A DNA stretch of 64,000 bases from Heteronotia binoei (taxonomy: Eukaryota): the NCBI RefSeq assembly GCF_032191835.1, contig NC_083241.1:1178001-1242000 (forward strand), read 5' to 3'. The position numbers and the translations under genes are program-made. Of this stretch, positions 45,686 to 57,242 are shown one piece after another; positions within the stretch are counted from its first letter, which is position 1, and the number at the start of each line of letters is the position of its first letter. Under the pieces are notes generated by a model. It worked only from the letters and a program-made list of their open reading frames with translations, had not been told where the DNA came from and did not search any database.

Positions 45686-45748
45686 ATTTTTCAGACGAGA
45701 TGGAGCGCATACAGTTTGCAGTTTGGAGACCCCTGCAATATCGACGCG
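45686..45748 (+). CDS. MORF4L1: Candidate in-frame alternative exon of MORF4L1 (FFRRDGAHTVCSLETPAISTR, 63 nt; 54 nt if the AG at 45693-45694 is used)
   Basis: cctag acceptor, GCG|GTGAGT donor, phase 2-2, no stop codon, CpG-rich relative to the surrounding intron. Confidence 0.65.
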
Positions 45749-46424
45749 GTGAGTTAAGGATGGATTGTCACACCAGGATCTTCATCCTGAAACACCCAGA
45801 TTTCCTTGAGTAGTCACTGAACATCTCTCTTTCAATACAATGTGGTTGTACTGGGGCCCTGTTGTTCCTCCCTGGAGCTTGTTTGAAGAGAAGGAATTGT
45901 GCATTTCCTCACTTGCTAAAGCAGCTCTTGTGGATTCTCAGTCCTGGTCCAAGTTTTTTTTCTTTTAAGAAATCCGCCCTCGGTCACTTGCTGCACATCT
46001 GCCAGTAGCTCAGTGGTGCTGAGGGGAGGTGTCACCCTTTGAAGCATTGGAGTCATGGTAGGCGGCAGATGGCATCGGCAACCTCAGCCTCACACCCTGG
46101 AGGAGGAGGGTGTGGCTACATTTGGATGATTGACAGCCGCCTTATGAGAGTTTTTGCAGTCTCGCTCAGGAGTTTCTAGCCTTAGCTGAAACTGTGCCTC
46201 TTTTTGTGCAGCAGCAAGACACTGGGGGGGGGGGGGGGGAGAGGTCAAGGGAGTTTTTCTGCAAAACGCGTTTTCTTTCGAAGCACCAGTTTGTTGATGG
46301 GGCAGTTTCATGCAGTAGCAGTCCATTCTAAACATGTTGATTTGAGTGAGCTTAAATTGGAATAACCCTGCATCGTTTCTCACTCTTAACATATTTACGC
46401 ACTGCTCTCTCAATCTCTCTCTCA

Positions 46425-46901
46425 GGAGAGCCAGTTAAATGGGCGAACTCTTATGTGGGATTCTTAACCAAGTTTGATTCCCCACTCCTCCACTTGCACC
46501 TGCTGGAATGGCCTTGGGTCAGCCATAGCTCTGGCAGAGGTTGTCCTTGAAAGGGCAGCTGCGGTGAGAGCCCTCTCCAGCCCCACCCACCTCACATGGT
46601 GTCTGTTGGGGGGGGAAGAAGGGAAAGGAGATTGTGAGCCGCTCTGAGACTCTTCGGAGTGGAGGGCGGGATATAAATCCAATATCTTCATCTACCTCAC
46701 AGGGTGTCTGTTGTGGGGGAGGAAGGGAAAGGAGATTGTGAGCCGCTCTGAGACTCTTCGGAGTGGAGGGCGGGATATAAATCCAGTATCTTCATCTACC
46801 TCACAGGGTGTCTGTTGTGGGGGAGGAAGGGAAAGGAGATTGTGAGCCGCTCTGAGACTCTTCAGAGTGGAGGGCGGAATATAAATCCAATATCTTCTTC
46901 A
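46425..46901 (+). mobile_element. Squam3-like SINE with tail module x3
   Basis: ctcacagggtgtctgttgtgggg..gggcgggatataaatcc repeated; junction atcttcatctacctcacagg. Confidence 0.87.
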
Positions 46902-47276
46902 ATTTAAAAAAAATCTCAAGGTGGCTGAAATAAGTTTTTGATTTACTTATGTACAGTGGCAGTAGGGCAGGATGTGTGCAGTTTATTAACTTTGCAGAGG
47001 AAAGAGTCACTTACAACTTGCTGTTCTCTAGCAAACACAAGGCGGCTTCTTTAATGTTCTTTGTCTATCAACACTTATCCCTGTGGCCAGCCTTCCTTTG
47101 AAGTATTGGGCCTGACCAGCCTTGAAGACAAGTGGGGGGTTGCTTGGTTAAATGGCTGTTGGCCGGCACTCTAAAAGGTCTAGTGCTTGAGCTTGAAGGT
47201 ATGAAATGGGGGTTTAAAGAGAGTAGGACTGGGATTATCCTTACACTTGTAATAATGTACTCTTCTCTTTTGACAG

Positions 47277-47302
47277 GAAAACAAAAAAGAACAAACAGAA
47301 AA
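47277..47302 (+). CDS. MORF4L1: MORF4L1 exon 6 (KTKKNKQK), 26-nt microexon
   Basis: ttttgacag acceptor, GTAAGA donor. Confidence 0.95.
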
Positions 47303-47689
47303 GTAAGACTCCTCTACATTTCTAATCTGCACATGTACTGGATTCCATTAGATTCTCACTGTTGAACCAGCCTTGCCCTGAGCCTCTCTAATGGAAGCGA
47401 CAGGCAAAGCAAAGGAAAGGCTTGCTAAGGGGAAACCGTATGAGTGATGTGAAAAGCTGGTAGCAGCCAGTTTCAAGTTCATATGTGTTTTAGAAATACT
47501 TGTGTTCTGAAAGAAATTATAGGAGTGCATGTAAGATTTTTGCCATTGACATCTGGGGCAGCTTTACATAAAACTGTCAGTTGTGTCCTTACAAACCTGG
47601 ATTCTGAATCCAGGTGCCATGACTTGTTGGGAATTGCAAAGAAAAACAAAGATGGGAAAGAAACTTAACGCAAAAACTAGAGTAAGAAA

Positions 47690-48690
47690 CCTAAAAGGTT
47701 AATCTGCAATTAAAGGGCCGAACATGAGAAATAAAGTGTAAAAAAATCATAAATCAACATACATGTATTTATTGTTGAAAGATAAAACCATTTAAGGGCG
47801 TATCATAAGCCTCTGTCCTATGTAAAATCATAAAACCTCAATGGGAACCCACTCAACTTGACCTGATGCGTTTTGACCTAGATTGGTCTTCAGAGGTCAG
47901 AAAGGTAAGTACACATATTGGCTGATAATATAGAACAGAGCATACCTATAGCATTCAGTGCTTTTTTTGTATGCCATGTGGTCCAGAATTGATAAAGTCA
48001 GAACCTACGTGTTACAACTCTTGGCACATAGGCTCTGACTTTACTTGATCAATTCTGGACCACGTGGCATACAAAAAAACACTGAATGCTATAGGTATTA
48101 CCTTGATAAGCCTATAGAACAAGAAGCCTCAAGGCTATAGAACAAAGAGGCCTCAAGAATATCTCCAAGCCTTTGTCACTTCACTAAATTTCCTTGTGGT
48201 CCAGCATTCTTCTATTGTTTTGAACATGAACATATGAAGCTGCCTTATACTGAATCAGACCTTTGGTCCATCAAAGTCAGTATTGTCTTCTCAGACTGGC
48301 AGCGGCTCTCCAGGGTCTCAAGCTGAGGTTTTTCACACCTATTTGCCTGGACCCTTTTTTGGAGATGCCAGGGATTGAACCTGGGACCTTCTGCTTCCCA
48401 AGCAGATGCTCTACCACTGAGCCACTGTCCCTCCCCTATTCTGTTCTGTATTATGAGCCAATATGTGTACTTACCTTTCAGACCTCTGAAGGAGACCCAT
48501 CTAGGTCGAAACGCGTCAGGTTAAGTTGAGTGGGTTCCCGTTGAGGTTTTATGACTTTACCTAGGACAGAGGCTTATGATGGGCCCTTGAATGGTTTTAG
48601 CTTTCAACAATAAATACATGTATGTTGACTTATGATCTTTTTACACTTTGTTTTTAATGTTTGGCCCTTTAATTGCATATTAAGCTTGTT
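47690..48690. mobile_element. Penelope-type nested foldback (outer arms about 250 bp, inner arms about 65 bp) with hammerhead-like motifs
   Basis: 47690-47940 is the inverse of 48437-48690; inner palindrome 47945-48096; acctCTGAAGGaGACC..GGTCGAAACGCGTCaggt at about 48482-48522. Confidence 0.72.
48221..48436 (-). mobile_element. tRNA-Ala-like SINE inserted in the loop of the foldback
   Basis: tgaacatatgaagctgccttatactgaatcagacc...ccactgagccactgtccctcccc. Confidence 0.87.
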
Positions 48691-49448
48691 GGGTATTGCA
48701 GTCAAGTGTAACTGGATTGAAGACTTCTTCAACTGGAAGCTTTCAGTTCCGTTCCATTGACAGGGGGTGGGGGTCATTTGTGGAAGCACAGTAAGCAGCA
48801 GGGTCAAGCTACCCTATATATCTGAGGGGTGTATGTCTCCTGTGGAAGAGTTTCATAACGATGACTACACCTGTATCCATCTGTCCTTCCATCACAGAAC
48901 AAAGCGCAGTATTTCCACATTGGTGGCAAGATGCTTATCAGACCGAACTAACATCTGCAAGGTGGTTGTGTCATAAATCCTGGGGCCTTACAGTAATTCA
49001 CAATCGTCTCTGTTTTAAGTTTGACAATATTTTTGTTTACGTTACTGCCCGCCTTTTAGCTGAGACTCATGGTGGAATATATAGTGTTCTTCAATGCGGT
49101 CAATAAGGCAGGACTTCCAGTAATCAGGGTTAGGGCTGTGGAAATTAAAACAAATGAAGGCCTAGAACAAAGCTGCAAATATTAAGTATTAACGTGGCAT
49201 AATAAATGACAAATTATACAGCAGGATAATCTATACGGACACAGATAGTATGTACAGTACGTAGTAATGTAGTCCGTAGCAAGTTATATTTTGAACAAAA
49301 ACATACTGAGGTATAAGCGTATGTTGTAGCCTTTCAAGATGGTACTTGTCACTCAAAGTTTCTGAGTGTTTGTACTAATAATGCCTCAATGTAGAATCTG
49401 CCTATCGACTAAAAAGATCAGATGTGATTGTTACATATGTGTGCTTAG

Positions 49449-49537
49449 ATCCTGGAATCGGGGAAGGCAGCAGTACCAGTGAGAACCCTCAGCCTCCCAG
49501 GAAAAAACGGGCTCGAGTAGATCCCACAGTCGAAAGC
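49449..49537 (+). CDS. MORF4L1: MORF4L1 exon 7 (NPGIGEGSSTSENPQPPRKKRARVDPTVES)
   Basis: gcttag acceptor, GTAAGC donor, 89 nt, NLS-like PRKKRAR. Confidence 0.95.
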
Positions 49538-50789
49538 GTAAGCATTTGTCTCACCTGGGGCTTTCAGTCTAGTCTGTTGTCTTACTGCAATTTCTTCTCT
49601 TGAGTGTGAAAAATAAGGTATGCCTGATGGGGGTTTTGTTCCCTTTAGCCCCTCAATAAAATCGCAAGGGAAGTGGTTGCAGGCGTAGCAGTCTGCCAGA
49701 AGAACTTCCCGGGGCTGTCAATAATCTGTGGTCTTCCCGGCTGTCTGGGAAACGCTTATAGCTTTATACTTGCTTATATCCTCTAAGCCAGCGGGTTCCC
49801 AACCTTTTTTGAGTCTGGAAACCTTTTTTTAAGGTCAAAAGAGTTTTGCAGACACCCATTTGATAATAGTTGTATTATAAGTATTGGTTGATAGAGAAAA
49901 CACATGATGATGGAAAACCACTGTGCTTTATTAATCATAACAGCATCGGCATATTTTTGGAAAAAATACATTCCAGATTCTTGTTGTAATTACTGCCAAG
50001 GTAGGAAGAGGAAAAGGGTTTCTTTCCTTGCTGGGAAATTCCCTTAAACCAAGGGTTTCATGGAAAGCACTCTGGTAACTGACTGCCACCACTCAGGGAC
50101 CTCATGAGATCATCTGGACTGACTCGCTAAGGAGGGAAGCTTCCAGGACAGTACTAGAGCAATAACCAAGTGCCAGGATAGAAACCCTAGGTAACATTGT
50201 ATAACCAACCTGGAAGCACCAATGCAGTCTAACCCATGGGGAAGGGACTAAGAGAAATATCCCAGAGAAACAGGTTGTACTGAGAGAAGCCCAATGAAGT
50301 CTTTATAAAAAGATTTATTGTAAAAGAGAAAAGGAAAAATTACTGGATCAAAAAGGGGGTGGAAAAGGACAAAACCAAATACAGGGAAAAGGTACCAAGA
50401 GCAGCAACAGCACAACAAAAAGCAATACTGTTGAGCTACTTAAGCTAAATATACAAATACACCTTACCTAGTCTGTAGCAGGTTCCTCAGAGCGTGCACA
50501 GAGTTCCTCGCACTAACAAGTCAAAGGAGACCTCAAGCCCTACTAACTTTCTAGGGACTCACTTTCTGCTGAGGGCTGAAAATTTAAGGGAAATCCTACT
50601 TATCCAGATATTTATGGTAAATGGAATTCAACCTAAACCAATCTCCTTTCTAAGAATGGCAAGCTGATTTCTTCAATCCCAGACAAAGCCCCATCTCTTG
50701 ACGTTGGAGGCTGCTGTTACCAATTAGAGGCATATAAAATACAGTCCCACCTCCATCAAGCACTGGGGTAATGGCTCTGAACTTCCCTG

Positions 50790-51808
50790 ACAAACGGTGC
50801 TTTTCACTGTGTTCATTAATGATTTGGAGATGGGAGTAAGCAGTGAAGCGACTGAATTTGAGGATGACACTAAGTTGTTCAGGGTGATGAGAACCAGGGA
50901 GGATTGCGAGGTGCTCCGGAGGAATCTGTGGAGGCTGCGCAAGTGGGCATCAATGTAGCAAATGCAAAGTAATGCACATTGGAGTCATTGTAGACAAGTG
51001 CAAAGTAATGCACATTGGAGTCAAAATTTCTGGCTATAAATATGTGTTGATGGGGTCTGAACTGGTGAGAACTAACTGGGAGAGATCTTGGGATCATGGT
51101 AGATAACTCACTGAAGATGTTTTGACTCAGCGTGCGACTGCAATAAAAAAGACAAGCGCTGTGCTGGAGATTATTAGGAAGAGGACTGAAAACGAATCAG
51201 GCAGTATCATAATGCCCCTGTATAAATTCATAGTGCAGCCTCATTTGGACTAATGTGTACAGTTCTAGCAACCGCATCTCAAAAAATATATGACAACATT
51301 GGGGAAAGTGCAGAAATAGGCAACTAAACTGATTAAGGGGATGAAACATCTTCCCTATGAAGAAAGATTAAAGAGATTAGGGTTCTTTAGCTTCGAGGAA
51401 CGAAAATTGAGTGGTGACATGATAAAGGTTTTCAGAATTAAGCTTGGGATAGAGAAGGTAGAGAAAGAAGTCCTTTTCTCCCTTTCTCACAGTACAAGAA
51501 CTTGTGGGCACTCAATTAAATTGATGAGTGGTAGGCTTAGAACAGATAAAAGGAAGTACTTTCTCGCTCAAAGAGCGGTTAACGTGTGGAACTCACTGCT
51601 GCAAGAAATAGTAGTGGCTACAAGTGTAGAGAGCTTCAAGAGGGGATTGGATAAGTCTGGGGCAGTGGTGCTCTGTTGTCTTGGTGCTCGGGGGGCCACA
51701 GTGGGAGGGCTTCTGGAGTTCTGGTGGATCTCCTGATGGCACCTGGGTGTGACAGTTTTGGGGGCTGCATGGGGTCATTGGCCTAATCCACCATGGCTTC
51801 TCTTATGA
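50790..51808 (+). mobile_element. CR1 LINE 3' kilobase (degenerate RT and C-terminus)
   Basis: VLFTVFINDLEMGVSSE..EDDTKLF RT remnant, MKHLPYEERLKRLGFFS..., 3' end atggcttctcttatg. Confidence 0.9.
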
Positions 51809-52084
51809 AAGTGCAGTTAAAAATGTCCCTCGTGGAGAGAATTCTGATCAGGGGATGGCTGCCTGCTCCTGCCCCCCAATGCTGCCCCCCCAAGGCTTTA
51901 GCAGTGGCCTCTTCTCTCATAAGTAGGCAAGGAGCCCTGACTAGGCTGGGGACCACTTGGGGGAAGGGGGGCTCTGGTTGAGACTGACCCTGTGTCCTCT
52001 GGAGGAGTCTCTGAGCAGGTGGGCCAAGTTGAGGAAGTGCAGCAACTAGAGGTGGGGCATTTTCTTTGATGGCTTTCACCTTTA

Positions 52085-52310
52085 AAGAGGAAGAAGAGTT
52101 GGTTTTGATATCCTCTCTTTCTCTTCCTTAAGGAGTCTCAGAGCAGCTTACAACTGCCTTCCCTTCCTCTCCCCACAGTGAGGTAGGTGGGGCTGAGCTG
52201 TGACTGGCCCAAGGCCACCCAGCAAGCTTCATGGAGTGGAGGAAGAGTGGGGATTTGAACCCGCTTCTCCAGATCAGAGTCCAGGGCTCTTAAGCATTTC
52301 GTCACGCTGG
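52085..52310 (-). mobile_element. Squam3-like SINE (older subfamily)
   Basis: Reverse strand ggactctgatctggagaagcgggttcaaatccccactc..ctacctcac..gactccttaag..aaccaactcttc. Confidence 0.75.
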
Positions 52311-53075
52311 CCTTTGAAACGCTCTCTCCCTTGAGGCCTGCCTGGTGCCTGCCCTGTTTCTTTCTTATGCAGGCTTTTAATTAGGGTTTTTTATCTCGCC
52401 AGCTTTTGAATGGCTTGCTTCTGTTTTAATATTGTGGGGGTTTTTTAAATTGTAAGCTGCCTCAAGCAGGACTCCGAAGAGGTGACTTAGAAATATTCTA
52501 AGTAAACAGTTGTACTGTGGCAAGCAGACTGGTAGATGAAGCGCAGCAGGCCCAACACAGAGCCAGAGGGGCGTGGCTGCCATAGAGGTAACCCCCAGGG
52601 AAAAGAGGCGCAGGTAGGGGAAGGCAGAAACACACCCAGCCTGGATGAATTCAGGCACCTCTTGCAATAACTCTGGAACACCCCAGAGTCCCCTGCCCAC
52701 AGAACGGGACTTAGCTGGCAGAAAGCAGGCAGGTGACGATGGGTCTGGAAGCCACAGGAAATGCATCATTTCACCTTCCTCCTTCCCAAAGGCCCCAATT
52801 AGACAGTTGGTGCTGCTTTGGTGCTGCGTGCCTCTCCTGTTGGTCAATAGCAGCAGGACCTGTTGGGGCTGCCATCTGCTGGGTTTCTTGGGGATCTTCC
52901 AAACAGGCCACGGTTCTCAGTACTGTGGTGAAGAGTCTTGTGTTTTCTAGTGCCTCTGTGTACAGGATTATGGGGGGCCCTCCTGGATTTTCTGAGTCCA
53001 GGAGCAAAGGATAAGCTCTCTGAAACATGCAGTGTCTGCATGTGAGATTTATGACTTGCCTTCTTGACTATTCAG

Positions 53076-53177
53076 GAAGAAACCTTTATGAACAGAGTTG
53101 AAGTGAAGGTGAAAATTCCAGAGGAGCTAAAACCGTGGCTTGTTGACGACTGGGATTTGATCACCCGGCAAAAGCAG
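53076..53177 (+). CDS. MORF4L1: MORF4L1 exon 8 ([34 protein letters not shown])
   Basis: attcag acceptor, GTAACA donor, 102 nt. Confidence 0.97.
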
Positions 53178-54276
53178 GTAACAGTGGGCCGCTAAAATAT
53201 TTTAAGTCACATATATCTAGTTGTATGTAAGCTGTCTTGAATCAAACAATTGCACCTTTAACAAAGCAGTTTGGGCAAACAAATACGTTGCGAAGTGGAA
53301 ACTGACCACGTTTCAGTTTATTCCCTCTCCGCCAGGCCAGGCCATTCCTGCTTCTAGTCTCTTACGTTAAAACATCTGCTTTCTTTGCCTGGTGCTAGGA
53401 AGGAGAGAGTGCTGTGTTCTCAGCATCCTGATGATGCTTCACTTTAACTCTCCAAACTTCTCACTGCAGTTCATAGGGCTGAATAGGTTGCTTAACTTGG
53501 GACAAGAAGGTCTAATCCTTGGGTGGGCTGCTACCCACATCACGACAGCAGTGCAGGTTTTGTGGTGCTGTTGGTGTTGTCCATTCCCAGGAGCAGGAAC
53601 TCAGCAAAGCCCTTGAAAAAAGAAAGCTGGTGCACTGTGTAGGTGTAGAATTGTATGAAGCAGGGGAGTCCCACTGCACAGATTCCGTGGGTTTCTTCTC
53701 CGCTTTGCTTTTTTCAGTGAGATAGGAACGGAGATCAGTGAGGTTGCAGGTTTCTCGTTCCCATCTCTGCCTTCCTTTTTGGAAAGATATTGATATTCAT
53801 ATCTAAAGCCACCGAGAAGGCACAGCTCTTGCCTGCTGATTCTTGCTCTTATCCGCCCCCGCCCAAGCAATCTCTCAGACCAACCAAGGCATCTCTTGAT
53901 GCAAAAAACTGGGCCTGGTTTCACATTGAATGGGTCCAGAAAAACTGTGCTCATCTGCAACAGAAGCCTGGAGTTGTCTGGCTACCACTCACCTGAGCGT
54001 CTTGCCCAGAAAAGGGATACTTGCTCCTGGGGAATGGTTCACATCACCTGTAACCAGAGACGGCCTCTTCGCAAGGGACTTTGCAGCCATTTAATGATAA
54101 ATTAGGGGCTCAATGCTGTGTCATCTCATTTTTTTCCTTGTCATTCCGAATGCCTGGGCTTCAAAGGTGCAAATGACTTGGTCCCTGGGTCAGGATTTAA
54201 AATGAAACCACTGTTGTCTGGCAGATAGTTGCTTTTCTCCAGTCTGTGTTCACTCAGTGTCTGTGGTCTTCTTCAG

Positions 54277-54365
54277 CTCTTCTACCTTCCTGCCAAGAAG
54301 AACGTTGATTCCATTTTAGAGGACTACGCGAACTACAAGAAGTCCCGAGGAAACACTGATAACAA
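54277..54365 (+). CDS. MORF4L1: MORF4L1 exon 9 (LFYLPAKKNVDSILEDYANYKKSRGNTDN)
   Basis: cttcag acceptor, GTGAGG donor, 89 nt. Confidence 0.97.
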
Positions 54366-54588
54366 GTGAGGAGGAAGAGGAGGGGTAATTTGCAGAACAG
54401 CATTAGGGTTAGAAGAATTCCAGGAGTATGGCTGAAGGTTGCTACCAGGTAGTTCAGGGGGCGTGGGGGATATCCCTGGACAAGAAAAACTCAATGGAAT
54501 TCTTTTCTCCTTGGTGTTGGTGGCTGCAGCGTGACTTGTACAGAATAACTGGCTAATTTTTAGCGTGTCCTTTTTCTTCTGCACCCAG

Positions 54589-54761
54589 AGAATATGCTGT
54601 TAATGAAGTTGTAGCGGGCATCAAAGAATACTTCAATGTAATGCTCGGCACCCAACTGCTATATAAGTTTGAGAGACCACAGTATGCAGAGATCTTAGCA
54701 GATCATCCTGATGCTCCAATGTCACAGGTCTATGGAGCCCCACACCTCCTCCGGTTATTTG
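54589..54761 (+). CDS. MORF4L1: MORF4L1 exon 10 ([32 protein letters not shown]...HLLRLF)
   Basis: cacccag acceptor, GTATGT donor, 173 nt. Confidence 0.97.
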
Positions 54762-54921
54762 GTATGTATGTGTGGGGCCAAAGACTAAGAGGTGGTTCTT
54801 ACGGAAGACTTTTGTGCTTGTTGTTTGGATTTATGAATTCTGGTGTGTATTTTCCTTTTAAATGGCCAGTGGAAGCTCTTCTGCTTCTCTGAATACCTTG
54901 AAGGATGCCGTGGGGCATTCC

Positions 54922-55153
54922 ACTGTTTGGTGTAGTGGTTACATGCGTGGATCTGGGAGAACTTTGATTCCCTGCTCCTCCACATGCACCTGCTGAGTGA
55001 CCTTGGGTCAGTCTCAGTTCTCTTAGAGTTGTTGCTCTCAAGAGTGGTTTTCTCAGAGCTCTCTCAGCCCCACCTATCTCCATTGTGGGGAAGGGAAGGA
55101 GATTGTAAGCCACTCAGACTCTGAAGGGCAGGGTATAAATCTGGTCTCTTCTT
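54922..55153 (+). mobile_element. Squam3-like SINE
   Basis: tttggtgtagtggtt head; tail gggcagggtataaatctggtctcttc. Confidence 0.75.
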
Positions 55154-55519
55154 TGTGTGCATAGGTCCTGCTCTGTCACATGTACACAGCTTATGCACTT
55201 TAGGCCTGCTTTTTCAAAGCAGCAGACAAAAGTCCTGCAAAGCAACCGCAGTAAATAAAAGCCAGGTGAGCGCAGGAAGTACAATCTGATTTTAAAAGTC
55301 AAGCACTGTTGCCAGGCTCACCAGTGGAATGTGTAGGTGGTGGCAAAATGTGAGATCTTGTGACATTGCCACAGAGATGGGATTCCTGGGCAAGCAAAGT
55401 AGTCTGTGAGGCACCTGGGATGTGGAAACTCCAGAACTCTGCGATGGGAATAGATTTTGCTTTCCACGATGGTATCTTAAGCGTAGATTTTGATGTATTT
55501 AATACATTAGTTATAATAT

Positions 55520-55680
55520 TCAAGGTGGAGCAAAGTTTGCATCCAGTGGCACCTTTAAGACCAACAAAGTTTAATTCTGGGTATAAGCCTGCAGCGTGTA
55601 CATGAAAGCTTATACCCAGAATTAAACTCTTAAAGGTACCCCTGGACTTGTCTTTTGTTCTATTGCTTCTAACCTGGCTA
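55520..55680. mobile_element. Short Penelope-type foldback
   Basis: ttaattctgggtataagc / gcttatacccagaattaa inverted pair; atccagtggcacctttaagacc end. Confidence 0.65.
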
Positions 55681-55688
55681 CCCACCTG

Positions 55689-55869
55689 CAGGGCTTTTTT
55701 GTAGCAGGAACTTCTTTGCATATTAGGCCACACACCCCTGATGCAACCAATCCTCCTGGAGCTTACAGTAGGTCCTGCATTAAGAGCCCTGTAAGCTCCT
55801 GGAGGATTGGCTGCATCAGGGGTGTGTGACCTAATATGCAAAGGAGTTCCTGCTACAAAAAAGCCCCTG
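55689..55869. mobile_element. Near-perfect palindromic MITE (181 bp)
   Basis: cagggctttttt gtagcaggaac..attaggccacacacccctgatgc pairs with gcatcaggggtgtgtgacctaat..gttcctgctacaaaaaagcc. Confidence 0.8.
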
Positions 55870-56235
55870 CCCTCTTGAAAAAAATATTCAAGATACTTTT
55901 TAGCAGTACAGTATTCAGTATACCTTGATAGAGCAGCACCATTTGGCCAATGAGACTTTTGTGTTCCTCCCCCTTCCTCTTCATGCTTCTTGGTGTGTGT
56001 GTGCATTTAGAATCTCATGTTCCCTTGGCCTGAAGTCAGCAAGAGTGCCCAGGTTTTCCTTAAGGACTCAGAAAGGTGTTAGACAGGATTAGTTGAGTGT
56101 CTTTTTTTGTTTAGGTCCTATGCTTATCAGCATGATATGCTGTCTTCACAAACTAATTAGATTAATTCAGGAGTGTCGTGAGTCATAGAAACGCTTCATT
56201 TAACATCTTTTAACTTCTCGTTGCTGCTGCTGCAG

Positions 56236-56320
56236 TCCGGATTGGAGCGATGCTGGCTTACACACCGCTTGATGAGAAGAGCTTGGCCTTGCTGTTGAAC
56301 TACCTGCATGACTTCTTGAA
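56236..56320 (+). CDS. MORF4L1: MORF4L1 exon 11 (VRIGAMLAYTPLDEKSLALLLNYLHDFL)
   Basis: ctgcag acceptor, GTACGT donor, 85 nt. Confidence 0.97.
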
Positions 56321-57242
56321 GTACGTAGGGCACATGGTCTTGACTTGTGTTAAGTCCAGTGGCGGGGGTTGTGTCTTGCTCCGTGTGTCATCTTGTGCAT
56401 TCACAGGTAGGGATGCCCACGCCCAAAGCCCTTACCTCTGTCTAAATTGGGTGGCCCGTTCCTGTGTTTAGAGCCCTTGATGAGGGGAAGTGAAAGTCAC
56501 ATCAACATGCAAGAATGGGGGTCTGCTGGAGGGTGGGTTTAGAAGGTCTTTGGATCTTCATCTTGGTCCTCTCTCTCCCATCGGGTTTTCCAGTGAATTC
56601 CTCATATTTCCTATATCAGTAGCCTTGTTTTGAGATGATGTAGGGCAGTTGCCTGCCGTAAGCACGCAGGTTCAGAGTTCACTGCCCAGGCTTCAGGGGC
56701 TTAAATGTTCTGGAGGTGGGCTAGTGTGTGTGTGTGTGTGTGTGTCCATCACAAAACACCACCTCTGCCCATAGCAGCTGCACTGCTGACCTCTTGACCC
56801 CAATAAACTCCCAAGCAATACATCTCAGTAGAGCTTATGCATCGTGTGTCCGTGAATGCTGAATGGTAATAGAGCTGGCGGACATTTGCTCAGAGCAGGG
56901 GGAGGCCAGTACTGATGGGATTTCCGTCTCCTCAACCCCACGAACCTGGCAGAGCAGCTGTGGAGGCATCAGAAGGAAGCGAGGCCAGTGGCTGTGCCCA
57001 CAGCAGGTTTGGCTTGCTTCCTCATCTGCCTTCTGCTTGTCGTTGCCGGACAGAGCTGGGCTGAGCGTGGGAGGAGACTCCTCCTGCAGGCCAGACTTGC
57101 GCTGTGGAAAAGCAGGAAGCAGTTCACGGGATCCCTCTGGGTGCAAAGCCTGCTGCACAACAAACAGTGTATGGGCTGGAAACCCTTTCCCCTGCCCAGC
57201 AACAGGGCTGCGGGGCAGCGCTTCGGGGTTTGCTCTGATAGT

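Noticed and set aside
50790-51808. Functional LINE ORFs (CR1, L2, BovB, L1 fragments throughout)
   Set aside because: All are 5'-truncated with stops or frameshifts; none encodes an intact RT or endonuclease.
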